DNA of 64,000 bases from Adineta vaga (GCA_021613535.1 CP075494.1:7564001-7628000), one strand, 5' to 3'. Shown: positions 1-15,707, counted from the stretch's first letter. The notes: generated from the letters alone by a model not told the origin. Numbers and translations are program-made.

Positions 1-3000
1 AGGAAATAATTAGTGATCGAGAAAAACCAAAGAGAAATCTATCTAATCATCTGTCCTCTGGTAGGGCATCATTTGTTTTACTGCCCAATGTTGTTCTACT
101 CTAGCATTACACACCTTCATCTATGAAAATGATCTGTTTATCCATAAATGTCGTTGGTGGTAGGATACATTTGTATAAATCGGCAGATTTTTTATCATAT
201 AGTTAAAAAAAACCCGCACCATTTCATACATATAATCAATGATATCCAAAATATATGGTAAAATCTTTTTAATTTTCGTCAAGATTTTGTTCGTATATAG
301 AACAACAGAAAAAAAAACACATTAACAGCAACAAATTAACCTATCAGCTGCGAGTTGTTCGACCTACGCGTGTGTGTGTGGTAAGAAGATTTTGATCGCA
401 AATCGTCAATCTTTTATACTTAGTATACATCAAAAACCAATTAATGAATTACATATGAATTGTTATTTTATAAAAAAAAACAGATTTTCTTTTCTGGCAT
501 TTATCTGTGTTAAACCAGGTAGAATTTTTGTTATACCAAACAATTGTTTATTTACATAGAAAAGAAAAGAAAAACGTAATATGTTTGTTTAAATTCGAAC
601 AAGTGAAGAAGTGATCTATGGCATAGCCGTGAGCCTATTTGTTTATCCTCAAGTCCAATTTGTGACATTGTAGGTTGTTTTCGAGAAAAGAAATGAAGAT
701 TTTATCGTGTTTCAAATCAACTTTCGTCGGTTATTAATTCGTCTGATATAAATACATACATATATTATAGAGAAGCAAAAATATCTTTCGATTAGAATAA
801 ATTTTGGCTGGTTCGTCGTTTTCAGGGTAGCGTTCGTGCGCGCATAACGTGCAAGAAGTGGGCAGCCAAAACGCCTGGATGAGTCGTAGTTAGACTCTCC
901 AAGTGCAGCAATATATGTTCGATGTGACAAATGTAACATCAAAAAGGTGGATTGTGATAGCACAAGAAAGCTAAATACTAAATTGTTCAAGAGGAAAAAA
1001 AAGAAAAAAGAATTAATCCGTAAGCAAAATTTACGCTAATTAAATGCGTTCATTTTCAAGGGCAGCCAGACAGCAGAAGATCAAGAAAACGATTCTTGTC
1101 CATACTATATACTAAGAAGCTCCACATTTTTACTTGTACAACAACGATGAGTATTGAAAAGATTCGTTCAATAAGAAGTGAGATTATCTTACATTATATT
1201 CAACCTATGGCTTAAATTTCAGAAATCTTACGTTTTCATTATGTAAAAATTCTCGTTTAATATTGCATTAATGTGTAAGTCTTTACCTCCAGTACTTTAC
1301 TCTGGTTTACATGTTAAATACCTTTAGTTCTCAAAAAAAAAATCTATATATAAAATGAGAAACATGTTCTCATTACTTCGAGAACAGGAAAACAATCGTC
1401 TCTGCAACTTGACAGCCATACTAAGAAAGAAAGTATTTACCATTTTCCAACTATGTTTTTTGTGTAAGTTAATGTCAATATTTATTCATCCATCTATGTA
1501 TGATATTCATACTCATTTGAAGACAATGGTTTTATTATTATTATTTAAAAGATATGTCATTATATGCGATGAATCATCTACTATAAGAAAAAAGAAAAAT
1601 TCCATTGATATTCTGTGTATTTCAAGTGATGCTGTATAATTAGTATGTTTCTCTTCTTGCGCAAGGTCTTTGTCTTGATATATTATTTCAATTATCAATG
1701 ATGAAGAAATTTGATCAAACTATGATGTTTAGAAGAAAAATCCTTGATTTTCATTAGCAAAATTCGGTTTTGTCCAAATCAAATCATCTTTGCAGAAAGA
1801 AACGCAGGGTGAGAAACAGCATTGTTTAGTATTTTAGTTACTTTTCCAATGTATCTACCCGTTCGTCAGTCGTATATTTTGAAGCGCAATTTCCAAGAAT
1901 TATTTTTACTCAATCTTATGAATGAATTACACATCTACATATCGAAGAGAAATAATTCTTCTGCTCTTAATTTATTAATTAACAATGCTATTAAGAAAAA
2001 TAAAAGAATAATCGAAACAAGAATCCGAATGAGAACTATGGTACAGCTAGATCAGTTAATATGTAAGTGAATAAGATCTTCTAGCAATACAAAATATATT
2101 GCAATACATTTTCGTTCTTCTAGCTTAACAAGTTGATCAGTTGTTTTTGATTGTTTTGTTGAATTCAACTTAATGATGAGAACATTTCCTTTTCGTGTGG
2201 TTCATGAAGCTTTTTTGTAATTGTTTGTTTCAATGTACAAAAGTGATCCAAAACATCTGATCATATCCATTTCTTACTTATGATAAATTTGATATACCTT
2301 TTTTCAAAATGAATTATAACATGAATATGTTCATCGGAGAAGAATTCTTCTTCCATTTTTGCGTCTGAATATGCTCCAGTCAAATTTAGTAAATGTAGTT
2401 TTTCATCAGATCCAATTTAAGTCAGAGAAGTTGTTTTACCGAATGAAGAACAAGATTTTATGGTTTATGTATGTTATGAAAATTCGTTTCGTTGGTAAAT
2501 GAAGAGTCTTGAATTTCGTCCGGTTCTGTTTGTTTGCGTGTGTTTTTACGTCGCGTAAAAAGAAAGGGTAAAGTATAGTAAGTTTTTAGGTATTTTCGTT
2601 CGCGTTCCCGTTTTTCGTGCAGTACAATGTCAAGTTTATTGTTGAAGAGAATTTGATTATGTCAAAGCTGTATGAGACAAGAGAAGATATCTGCAGCAGC
2701 ACATTATAATGGAAGCTTTTTTTTGGATCTTGAGTGAAGAATGTCGGTTTTAAGGGTTTATTTTATTGACGGAATTTGGTGCGTGTGTGTGTGTATGATC
2801 AGAACGAGACAGAAGACGGTTCGATACGGTGATAGTACGTTACAACGTCGTTCGTCCGTACAGAAAGAAGTTAGCAAACATTATACAAGTTATTTTGTTC
2901 AAGAATTTTCTGTTTAATCATCTGTATATCAGGGAAATATCTTCTGTTGATTAGTCAAGATTAGTTCTCAGTTGAATCAATCCATTTTTCGTATTAATAT

Positions 3001-6000
3001 GTTCATTTCGACAAGAAAACTATTCTACTTGATCAATTCCTCTATATGAAGATTCACTTTGAAGCTGTTTTAAGTTAGCATCAGTGATCCAAAGAAATTT
3101 ATTCAATATATATTTTCATGTGAAGAACAGTATATCAGATTATTCATTAACCCATCAGATATATTTCCAATGCCATTCATTAGCTAGGAAATCTTAGTTT
3201 TTCTTCAATTTAATTCGTTATTTCAAACAATGAATCATCCGTTATTATTTCATCTATTGAAAATCTCCTCGGTAGCAATAATATATGAGTCAAAAACACA
3301 AACACAGTGATCCCATTTGTAGTTGTTCAATCTTCTGATCTGAATATCATGTTTCTTGGTTTTAAAAATAATTAAGTTTACACTAGTGATACAAATTATA
3401 CTCGAATATCTTCTGTTCATACATCAATTGAAAATGTTCTGCACTATACCAAAAGTATCTTTAGTCATCTGTTTTTTGGTTATGAAAAATTCCTTAAGAT
3501 CATATTTGTTATACAAATTATCTTATTCCAAATGTTGCATATATATATATATTTATTAATCAAATACTTCTGAAATCTCTCCTTTTTATCCATCAATTTT
3601 TATTTTATCAGAATATCCATTATAGCAATAGTATTATGAGTTCAAAAGATAATACAATATACTTCCTCTACTTACCTTCGTATTTCAATCAATTATTTTT
3701 ATTGAAGAAATCATAAGTCCATCTCAGCTATTCAAACTACATTACATTCCCAATGAATTTATCTTAACGCCCATACATTGACCAAATTCAGTTTGAATCC
3801 TTTCTGTCCATTGATTAATATCAGACTTGCCATCAACTAGAATTTTCACTTAGAGCAATACTGAAAGTCAACATATCATACAACAATCCTTTTATCTTTA
3901 ATTTGGCATCTATTTTTCATCTCCATCCATATCCCTTTTCAAAATGATTAGTCATATATCTTTGGTTTACTTGCGATTTAAATTCCAGCAATACTATCAT
4001 GTGCAATATGCATACTAATGTTGAATAATTCCTTTAAACAAATAATCAACAAAAGAAAAATGAATCTATTCTGAAAACTTCCAGTCATATTATAGTTTAA
4101 GTGAAATGAAGAAGTTATGTTTATGCGTTAGTTAATTTTAAGTTTGTACTTCAAACAAGCGATCATGTTTTTCTTGTTCCATTAAAACAATAAGTGCTTT
4201 TATCGTTAAGAAACAAGAAAAAGAAGACTTTACTTGTTAATGTTATTATTTACTCATCAATCCCGCATCTTGATTAGATCGTTGTCTTTTTTTTTAAGGG
4301 TAAGATTTAGTAAGTTTTGTTTTTAGGTATTAGTCATCGTAAATGATTCGTTAAACTCGTATTTTTCAAAATTCGCACTTCGCTTTTCGTACTCCTGTTT
4401 GTTATTGAAAAAAATCACCAAGTTATTTTCGTGTTCTTATAGTTGGCTACTTTTAATTTTCTGTATTATTTATTATGCTTTTACATTGGCTATAGAAGAT
4501 AATGATTAATATGTTGATCGAAAATTTAGTGTTTGCTTAATATCTCCGATAATAACTTAGATTATTTATTTTGAGCAAATCCAAAGCTTTTCTTTCTTTA
4601 CTCTTCGAAGCTTTAACAAAAACCAAGTTCTGGAATGTTCTTATACATATTTTGCTTGTGTGAATTGTTTCATAATCTCACATTTAGTCAGATAAAAAAG
4701 CACTAGAATTACTTCTTAATCTGAAATTATTCAAATGATCCTATTTGTTGATCGTGCTTGGCTCTTAAAATTCTCGTTTAAGTGTATAAGAAATACCAAA
4801 TGCTTTGTGTGTTGTCCTGTTTGGCTTTATCTGGTTTTGAAGGACTTTTTTTCCCGTGAGGTGATGGTGAAATGCACAAATTCTATGACAGATTGCAGTT
4901 TTGCTTGTGAAAGAAAACTTCGATTATTAAGTTTAACAAATAATCCAACCGATCTCTTCTGAAATTCTTAATCACTTTTACTGATCAAACTAATTATTAG
5001 TTGGCTCATTTATTCTCAAAATTTCAATTCTCTCTTTTTCTTTTCGGCAAGTTTCATTGAAATTCTTTCTTTCTAGTTTATCTAAAGATCGCTTTTTCTA
5101 GGTTATTTCAATGCTTGACAATTATAATAACCCTTAAGCTATGATTTTCATCCTGAAACAGTTAATGCTTAGTGCACATAATATTTAATGGATAAGGAAG
5201 ATAAACAAATCATCACAAGAAAACCTATAAAATCTAATGATTTCGCTTCTGTTATGAAAAAAATATCTTATATAGTTTTTATTGTTTTGTATCCCTTCTA
5301 TTTAACTGTTTATATATAAAATAGATGTTTTAATATTCCCTTTCAATTATCACATTGATTATTACACATTAGACATGCACATAAAGACTGTTAACATATT
5401 GTTCCTTTATTGATATAAATATCTGCATGCTATGACGATGAATTATCTTATATTAAATTCTCTGTTCTTTTTATGCTTCCTAATCGTACTTCTTCATTGG
5501 GATTCGTGTACAATCTTTGACAACACCTACTGTCATGTTTTCTTGTTCTTTTTTTGTGGGATAGTAATTTGATTTTATTCGATGACACTAAACATCTGCA
5601 TATTTTGATTGTCTATATAAACTTTCTCCCGCTTATCTGTATAAAAACAAGCTCCAAAGCTTTAATCGGTGAAAATTCCTCTTCGTTACGTTAAGAAACT
5701 TTGATAATCGCTTTGAATGTTTAAAATCACATATTTTAGTTTCTTTTATTAATCACTCAAAAATTTTGTTACTTTTCTATTTGCTAAATTTCACATCTAT
5801 TTACTGCATGACAGTGTCAATTCATTTACTGTTCGCTTCGTTTTAATCCCTCTTAGACTACTGTCTGACATCAGCAATAAATGCATTTATTCTTTTTCAA
5901 AAACAAAACAAAACAAAATCATTTCTTTCATACCCAAAATATTGATAAATGCTTGATGAATGATGACGTTTACCTATTCCAGTAGTCATGGGAATTTAAT

Positions 6001-8741
6001 GGACGGATGGTGGTGGTGGTGGATCACTGTAACATTATATGAAAATGTATTCTTGCTAGTTTGATGTAGTTAAAGCATGTATTTGTCTTTTGTTGAGTTT
6101 ACCTTGTATTATCGTAGGTGTAAGATGGAAAAGAGGATATTCAACAGGGTAAAGTTAAAATATGTGATTACATCATGATATGAATAGGAGGAGACGTATT
6201 GTATTCAACTATTTACCTTTGTTTGCGAGTGATACGAGATTAGATAGAATGAAATTTAGGTTGAACATTGACAAATGTGTGTTCGATGTTGATTTTAGTC
6301 GTTAGATTAAGTACATACTAGGTTTATTTCAAAATGGTACAAGCTCAAATGGAATATCAAGCAACAGCAATGATGGAAATTAACTTTTTATATGTTTGTG
6401 ATGAACTGGTGTTTTTTTCTATTTCTAAAAAATAAATTGATTTATAAATGAAAAATATTCTTTTTCTTTTCGAAATGATGGTATTTATTTGTATCAGAAG
6501 AAAATCTATTGAGCATCAAGCACTTCTTTAGGATCAATGATCTAATTGACATATGTTGTGAGATTTATGAGAAAAATATCGATCCAATCCAGGTGAGTAT
6601 AAGAATATGTTGATTAACTATAACACGCACAGTCTCTCTGGTATGAGAGTATAGAGTACATTTAAATCTTTCAAATCGAAATCTCCTCATGGATTTATCA
6701 CATGCTGACTATAAACAGAATAAATGAGAACCAAAAAGATTGTTTGTTGTCAACCGAAACTCCGATGGAAATGAAACGAAATTATTTTCTCAAGATTATC
6801 TAAATCATGTTCAATATTTCTTATTTATCGTCCTTGATCAGGATACTAAATAATATCGAATTATTCAACATTGACCTTTTCTCACTGAAAATTATCTTGA
6901 CAACATCAACAAATTCACTTCACAGTCTATTATTTCAACATCACCTTAAGAATACAGAAGCCCTTTTCAAATCAAACATCATGTTGTTCATGGTGAAGTG
7001 TCGTCTAAGAGATAACTGTCTATTCCCAAGGTAACACACAATTGTGTACAAAAAAAAATTTCGACACATATATTTATATATATACAGAAATGCAAATTGT
7101 TGAAAACTATCTCAATGAATAATACCATTATGAAAAAGAATTTTAAGTATCAATCTCATCTGATACTTAACAATGTTCACTTATTCTGTATTAAACCTTG
7201 AAACAATCGTTACGTAATATTTCTACACGACGCTCATTGACGGTCGTCATTACAAATGTTTCTATCAACGAAACATTTCATTGTTCGTTCTTCTAGAAGA
7301 AAGTCGCTTATTCGAAAAATAGAAAGATATGTAAAGTAGGTAACGTAAGATGACATATATCATATTCTAAGAGATTCAAACGAAGTATGATCGCTTTCAC
7401 TTCTTTATTTAGTGACTTTGTTTGTCTCTCGGGATTGAATATAATAGCGGGAAGAAGAAAAAAAGATTTCATTGACTATTCTTAGATAAATCTTTTTCTT
7501 TTTTCTTTTTGCACACACGATTGTCAGATAATTAAATCGATAAGAATGAGAAGTTCATGTTTCAGAGACGAAGCTTAGAAATTTCTCTATGAAAAATATC
7601 TTATTCTTTTCACTGTCGATCAGTAATTTATCTGAGTGCACTTAAATAATCTATCTATTCGTTCTTCTAGTAAGTAATCAAATCCCTGAAGGCGTCAGAC
7701 AATAACATAGATTGTATTTCATAGTTGAAAAATGCATTATGTTCTATGTAAAAGACTCGTAAAGAGAATAAATATTAGTTATTTCATTGGTGCAACATCG
7801 ATCAGACGAAAAAGAAGAAAGGTTATAAAGAAGTATTATCGTTCCTTTTTTATGATATAATATAAAAGAAAGAAGCACGAGAATCGTCTGTTTGACATTA
7901 TTCTATCTGCGATTGTTTCGTACGAAGACAAAAGATATTTATTCATCATCATCGTCAAAAATAATTTTCTATTTATTTACTTTTTATTAACTCGTTCGCC
8001 AAAAGGTATTTGGCACAATATTTATGTGACTATTCATTTCCTGTCAAGAGTTCCATATTGTGCGCTTTTGTATCCGAATAATTGCGAACAATGAATGATT
8101 CTAGTAGGATCGACATTTTTCTTTTCTTCTTTTCTCTAATATAAAGACCTGTTCATTTTCATCAGCAGTCGATGAGAAATATACTTTGCATGTTAAACAA
8201 TGAATGAAGTTTGTTCATGTAACAAACTGACAAGACATCAGAGAATAGTCTCTAGTGGCCTCGATCGAATGTATACGTATATACTTGTATATGTTTACTT
8301 CCGTTGAGTCGTAATTTGAGTATGCATGATTAAGAGAAGCGACATCGCGACAACGAATAATGAGTGAGGCCAGCCGTTAGTAACGTAACATGAGCAAACG
8401 AGAAGTAACGCAAATTGTTCTTTTACGCTCATATATGTATTCGTTCTCCTCATTTCAAGTGATGACAGTCGCCAGACGTCAATTATAAGCGTTACATGTA
8501 AGTATGAATAAGCAACGAAATATTCGATTAGTTCGCTTGTCCAAAGACAAATTATACAACTTATGTACATGTATACATAGAAAAAAATTTCAAAAAAAAT
8601 TCAATGCATATATAAATAAAGACAGACAACTTATTTTATGTTAAAGAATAGGAAGCTCAACAATATTTCTTCTTTTGAAGTTGTATGTCGTTGAATCTTA
8701 TAAACGTTGATATTAGTTCAAATTTTAGATCAAATTAAGCT

Positions 8742-11380
8742 ATGTTATCAAAACGATGTCAACGTCATCATTCATTTTTACAACCACCGAAATTTACCGA
8801 TGGATTAAAACAATCGACTTCGGGTACATTCTCTTCGGATACAACAATAACAACATCAACATCCAGTGGATATTCGACAGGTGGTTCATCATTATCAACA
8901 ACTATTCCTGTACCATCAAAAAAAGTACTATCGCATCAACATAAAACAAAACAGAAGGGTATGTCGAACAGAAATAAAAAGTGTATGGAAAAGAACTTCT
9001 AGTTTTCTTCTTCGACATTGACTAGTATTGTCTTATATTTTCTGTTCTCATCTGAGAACTATATATATTTATCCATGATTCCGTACAAAGACGAAGCAAA
9101 AAAACAGACGTTAACAACGCGTCTAATGCATTAATTTACTTATTCTCATTTCTACTGCAACATTGACAACAATGTTCTTATAAACAAAGATACATCTTTG
9201 TCTATACTCTTTTTTTCTCCGTAGGTTTTCATAATTTTATAACAAAATTAAAAACATTTATTATTACACCCAAAACAAAACTAAACAATTCAACTCTAAC
9301 AAAAGATATGTCGTCAACAAATATCATTCTTCAATCCTCTTCATCTAACAATCCAATTTCACTTCCTTTTACATACTATAAAAATTCAACTAAGCAACCG
9401 GAATCTAACAAGGAATGTTATGTAACTACAGCAACTAATTTTGAAAAAATTTCTGCATGGCTTGATCGTACCGACATTATTACAAACAATGAGGATGACT
9501 TATTATTTATTGACGATGTTCTACCAGAATCAATTTCACCATCGCCAATTGAAAAGGATCATTCAAGTAAGATTATCTGTCAATATTGTGTCTCTATACT
9601 TTTTACTTTCGATCCCCAATCTTTCGCTTTTCGTATGTCGTTCGAATATTCGCGACTTGTTTTAACACCGAATATTGACTCATATATCTTTGAGTGTTGT
9701 TAGCAGTACACAGTAAGATACAAATGTTTGTTGCTTGACTGCCGTGTGTATGTGTATGTTAGGAGAAAGAGAGAGAGAGAGAGAAAGAGTGAGAAGGAAG
9801 AAAGGACGGAGAAAAGTGAGTATGTAAAAATGAAGATGGATAAAGAACGCGCGACAGAAGAGAATAAGAAACAAGGTAAAAAACGAAAAGCACAGTTCAC
9901 TTATAAAATCAAAATTGTGTTGGAGGTCGTGGTGCTTGTTGAAAACGTCAATCAAGACAGGACTATAATCATCTTAACAATCGTAAGTTAAAATAACACA
10001 CACTCTCTTGCCTTCGTTTTCAAATAAGGAAAAAGGAGATTCAATTTATTAATAGAAACATTCTTTTTTTTCTCGAATCTATCACTTTAAATAGTTTCAT
10101 ATTTCGACATGTACTTAAATTTCACTTTTACAATCCAATTCTTTCATAGAATTCCTTAGAAACTTTGAAGGATAATTAATTTTTCTCTTTCACGTTGTAT
10201 CGTTTATATCTTGCTATGGCAACGAGTAAAAGTGTTTACTTTGACACAGTAGAATAACTTAGTCATTTATGAATCATATCATGTCTCAACATTTACTCTT
10301 CGCTTTTCTTACTCATTCTTTTTTGTGTTGTCATTCAATATTACATCGAGAGAAGATTTGTATACGAATTATTCGTTCGTGTTTGCTCTTTTACTTTCCT
10401 ATGTATATATATTCTGATTAACTATTAGACTACCTTATCAACCATCGTCTTATTGCGTTCGTTTCTTTTTCTTCTTCTGTTGTTTTCAATATTACAAACA
10501 TCAACAACTTGTAAGTATAGAGAGAGAGAGAGAGAAAGAAAAAAAGAAGAAATGCGTAGGGGTTGTAATGGCATTACTTATTTCAAAGTAAATATTCATA
10601 CCTACAGAGTATGTTTTGTATATTTCAGTAATCATGAAGAAACTTTCATCGAACAGTAAAGCACCTAAACGAAGTACATCATTAGTCGCAACATTAACTC
10701 GACCATTTATTGAACGAAAACAATATGAAAAATCGATTTCTCCGACATTATCATTTTCATCGTCGATTTTAACACGAGGAATGACAGAACAAATGACACC
10801 ACAAATAAATAACTATCAATCACGTACAAATCCACTTGAAGAACAATCAAAAACCTTAGTACCAAAATCCAATCGTCGTCGTGCAATTGATTTTTCTCGA
10901 CGACGAACTGTCGGTGGTCCAACTGATCAATTAGCAACTAATAAAGAAAATCTTCCAAATCAGCAAATCTACCGGTTTTCTCCAACAGCATCTACAAATA
11001 TAGTCACAAAGAAATATTATTTTCATCCGACGACACCAGCAAAAAATGAGGACATACTTATGAATTCATATGGATTAACTATTCTTCAACCGCAACGACA
11101 ATCATCTGCTCCTACGACGAAAAAACCACAAATTTCTCAGACGACATCATTACGTACGCCACCAAAATCTTTCACATATCGATCATCTATTCGTATACCA
11201 CAACAAGATTTCATATCTGAGTCTCTCGAAGATATACTTTGTGATCGAGAAGTTGAAAGTTACTTCTATCCTAATCGATATCAACCATCGATTTCTATAC
11301 CACAACATATATATATAAATTTAGGAAATTCAACTAATCATTATCAACCACCAGCCTATATTCATAGTACTTTATGTTGA
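8742..11380 (+). CDS. Orphan three-exon gene, S/T/P-rich and probably disordered protein (exons 8742-8958, 9225-9566, 10629-11380)
   Basis: Phase-1 GT-AG introns join ORFs 8742, 9308 and 10616 in frame (G|gtatgt..ccgtag|GT; A|gtaag..tttcag|TA). No recognisable domain. Confidence 0.65.
10210..10223 (+). promoter_or_regulatory. RFX X-box-like motif cttgctatggcaac
   Basis: Near match to the GTTGCYATGGCAAC consensus, upstream of a putative internal first exon (donor gtaagt at 10511). Confidence 0.45.
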
Positions 11381-12528
11381 ATGTTCCTTTTCATCTGTAT
11401 TTGTTTGTTTTTTTCTATTTGTCATTTGTATTATATACATATATCGATAGAAAAGAAAGCAGAGAGAAGTCATCATGTTCAACACAGTCATTATCGTTTA
11501 GTGCACGTGAAAGATTTAATATGATAAAAAGATCGATGTTTAATATAGAATTATAGACAGTCGAATGAGCAAATAATGCATTTATAATAGTCCAAGGTCT
11601 ATAATCAAATGTTGATTATTCAAAAAAAGAAAAGACAAATAAATAAGTCGAAATCAATGAATTTTTCAAATTTGCTTTTTTACTTCAATGAAAATTGACA
11701 AAAGCTTTGACAATCTAATTCGAAATGTCATGTCAATAGGCAGATAATTTACTTTTATGGTCAATTATATCAATTGAATTGCATCAGTTGCTTATTCAAT
11801 CGAAGAAAATTTACTAAAAATAGCTCAATCTAGTCTTGTCAATGAAGCCATAACGAATTATCTTATAACGGATAGGGTCAATCAGGTTAATTGTACAAAA
11901 GAGAAAATCTTGTTGAAGTGGAAAATTATCGAAACGCCCTTTCATAAGTTCCCAATAATCGGACATGTATTTTATTTGATAATATCAGTAGAAGAAAAAA
12001 AGGAAAAGGAGATTATGCGAAGGTCATATGACACATATGTATCCTATACAAAATCGTCAGTAGATATGAAATCATAAAATGCGAAATTATTTCTCGGATT
12101 TACAACACGATATGAAATAATATCATAAAGTCAAGCAATTAAACGAAATAGATCATTACAAATAAATAGACACTCTTAAATATTTCGTAGGATGTTCCTC
12201 ATTAGACTAGTCAAATAGTCTACTAGATCAGACGATTGTTTAAACAGACTATGGCCTTGACTCAATATGCTCCTAATTGAAAACACTTACGAGAAAAATA
12301 ATCTAATTTGCCTTGATAAAATTCTCTAATGACCATATGTTACATTATGAATATTATCTTTTGCAATTATTATTTATATTTGAAATCATTATAAAACTTT
12401 AATATACAAAAAAAAAGAATGAGAAAAGTCAATACTGTATGTAAATATATATCTACTAGTGAGTAAAATGTACGTATACATTAATAAATAATACTGCATA
12501 ACCTGAGTTTATGATTGAAAAATTGAGT

Positions 12529-15479
12529 TTATTTTCCCGATGAAACGAAATGTAATTTTTGTATCTGACTTTCTAATTGTTTTCGTGCACGTTTTTCTTC
12601 ATCGAGTTCTTGTTGAAGAGATTTATATGCTAAACGAAGTTCATTTAACATATCATACATGGCTTGACGTTCGCTAGAATGAAAGATTGGTGTTTTTTTC
12701 TTCTTCTAAAGAAATAAAAAATGAAAAATTCATTTACTTATCACTGCTTTTCTGTGGTGAATTAGGAAGATTTGCATATTCAACAATTCCTTGAACTGAA
12801 TGTCTTGTCTTTGGTAGAAGAACATTTAAATTAGCGACTGTTGTTTTATTATTCGTATTCGATGTGACACAATAAGCTTCAATAACAGAAAGTAATAATG
12901 CATCATCTCCACTTGTTTCGACTATTTAATCAAAGAAAATGAATAGTTCATATATGATAAGGTAGTAGTAATTACCGCGTTTGAGAAATTCATTAGCTTT
13001 TGTCTTTTTCATAGTCATAAATCGTTTCAATGTTCGATTTGATCCACTTTCATTTGGATTCATTGATGTATTATCATTTGCATTTGCATTAGACGATAGC
13101 ATTGGTGAGTTGGTTCCCGTGGTTGTTGAAGTATGAGGTCGTAAGGGTGAATGTGGACGAAGACATCCCTTTGACCAAATAGGCATTTTAGCTGGAAATT
13201 TTGAAGGCGGATTTACGATATTTATCGGTGCTGATTTTGTTCCTATTAATGGTGAAGGTGCCTAAATGAAACGAAAGATTTCATTCCGACGCAAATCAAT
13301 CCATGATAATTTACTTTCAACATTTGTTGAGATGTATTTGATTTCAATGTTAAGAGTGCATAGAATTTCTCACACCAATCATGATATTCAACATTACTTG
13401 GAAATGAAATAATCAATGATTGATTCGATGGAACTAAAAGAAAAATCGAAGTTTTTTTTCTTTCTCAATATAGTTGTGAATTGGATCTTATTTATATTCA
13501 TTTTTTTCCGTACCATTGATTTTCAAAGCACGTTTACTAATATCGACGATTTTACTAATCGTTATTTGATTGATTTGAAAACGATTCTATAAAAAAAAGA
13601 CAGAATGAAAAAAAAAGGAACTATACGAATCATTTACTTCAAGTTGATATTCTTGTTGATTCGGTAAGGTTGACAGAAGAATTAAACTAGTTGGATACAA
13701 AATTGCGATACGTTCAAATGTTATTTGATTAACATTATTATCAATAAGAACATTAACTGGACTAAGACATAAAGCATCACCCATCGATGATAAATTCTAA
13801 AAAGAAAACATTTGCATTTTAATTTCATTGATATGATATATTCTTGTTTACATCAGAATCAAGACCATGAATTGTACTATGAATAATATCCAATTCCCAT
13901 TCTTTACGTTTTCGCCATTCCCCTCCCAATGACTAAAGAATAAAAAATAAGAAATAACAATTAAATCGATAGAAAATTTTCTTACAGCTAATTCAGCATA
14001 ATATTCAGCTGCTCGTTGTGCATCACCACGATCAATATGAAATTCCTAGAATAATAACAATTATATTCATGTTAAATGTTCAATCAATCTTCAAACTTTA
14101 CAGTAAGATTATATAAATATTCTTTTAAAAAAGCAGCATATTTCTCCAAACGATGAACTGGTAATGATAGATTTTTGATCAATTGTGAATAACTATCATT
14201 ACATGTACCATAATATGGATCAGTTTTTGCTAGATTATTCAAAATTTGTTCTCTAATCAAATAATTAAGATAATGTAGAGATTAGAATCGATTTACATTT
14301 GACATACTTATTATGATTGAGTAAGAAAAGTATTTTAGCATGTTGATAACAGTAACCTTCGAAAATCGACTTTAACATAGGAGCTAATTGAAGAAAGATT
14401 CCACCAATACGATGTTGAGTTCTTTCAATGATAGAATCGAAAAGTGAGTTTTATGAGAATAATGTAATTATCTTTTACTTCATTGAATCACGTAAAAGAT
14501 GAGAAAAACTGTGATGAAATTTTAATAATTCATCAAAATAATGACCATCAACTTGAAGAACAACTTTATTCGATCTATACATAAACAACAAATTAGATTA
14601 GTAAATTATGAAAGAATAATGCTCTAAGCTTACGTTGAAAATGAAGAAATTAATGGTTGAGCTATTTTTGTCATAAATTCTTCTAATTCATAGATGTAAT
14701 GTTGTTCACTTTCAAGTAAGGATTCTAAAATCTTTGAGAAATGCAAACATACGTTAGATAATTTTCCTCTTTAAAAAGTACAATTTACTGTTTCACGATG
14801 ATGTTGCATTTCAACACATTGTTGCGACGATGTACTCTGAGTTGATGGTGTTGAATCTGAATAAATGGGAAAAGAATACAGAATGATATTCCTATATAAT
14901 TAATCGAAACAAATGTTTCTCAAAATAATCAAATCTTACATACATGTTTTACAAGTAAATATTCCACATGATAGACAATCTGCCGATCTCATTATAGTTA
15001 TAATAATAACTCAAGAAAGAAATAATTATGCGAGATACACTCCTACAGAATATATATTAAAGAAAACAAAACTTCTTCTTCTCTTCGTCTCTCTCTCTCT
15101 CTCTCTTGCCAATTTGATGATAGATGTCAACAAAGTATTACTCATGTTTATTTACAATAGTAACATAATCAATTATTTATATAGAGAACTACACTTAGCA
15201 TGAATATTATTACCTGTTTTTTTCGTAGTATGTTCAACATAATTTGATGGAAACCAACCAGTTTTGCCATCTAATGTGCCTTCCCACCATCCACCTTCGA
15301 TTGGAGCTTGTGTCAAAACAATAACGTCATTTTTAGCAAAAGATAACTAAATAGAAATATTATATTCATTTTCAATTAACAAAAAACACAAACGATCATT
15401 TTACTTCATCTGTATTTTGTGCTTTAAAAGCAAATAGAGCAGTTACAAATACTTTACCGTTATTATTTTCTAAATCCAT
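12529..15479 (-). CDS. ARHGEF7: Beta-PIX-like Rho GEF (SH3-DH-PH, GIT-binding motif, coiled coil), multi-exon
   Basis: Spliced translation gives [54 protein letters not shown] (SH3), [27 protein letters not shown] and the coiled coil [15 protein letters not shown], ending in TAA at 12529-12531. Confidence 0.9.
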
Positions 15480-15707
15480 TATCTGAAATAGATTAGAATT
15501 TTATATTTTGACAAAATATTTTTATTATTTGTTGTTGTTATTGTAGTAGTATTATCATCAAGGCAAAACAATATACAATAAACATGCATTAAAAGTTAGT
15601 ATAGATTAAAGAAAATGCTCAGATAAAGATGAGAAACAACAACAAAAAAAATAAATTAAGAAGAAAAAGAAGAACAATAAAGCATTTTGATTAAAGTTCA
15701 CTCATAT

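Noticed and set aside
374-8570. Many 60-95 aa ORFs in the track, here and antisense to real genes elsewhere (e.g. 30080, 36133, 56684)
   Set aside because: Low-complexity F/I/L/K-rich or antisense shadow ORFs with no motifs or splice support.
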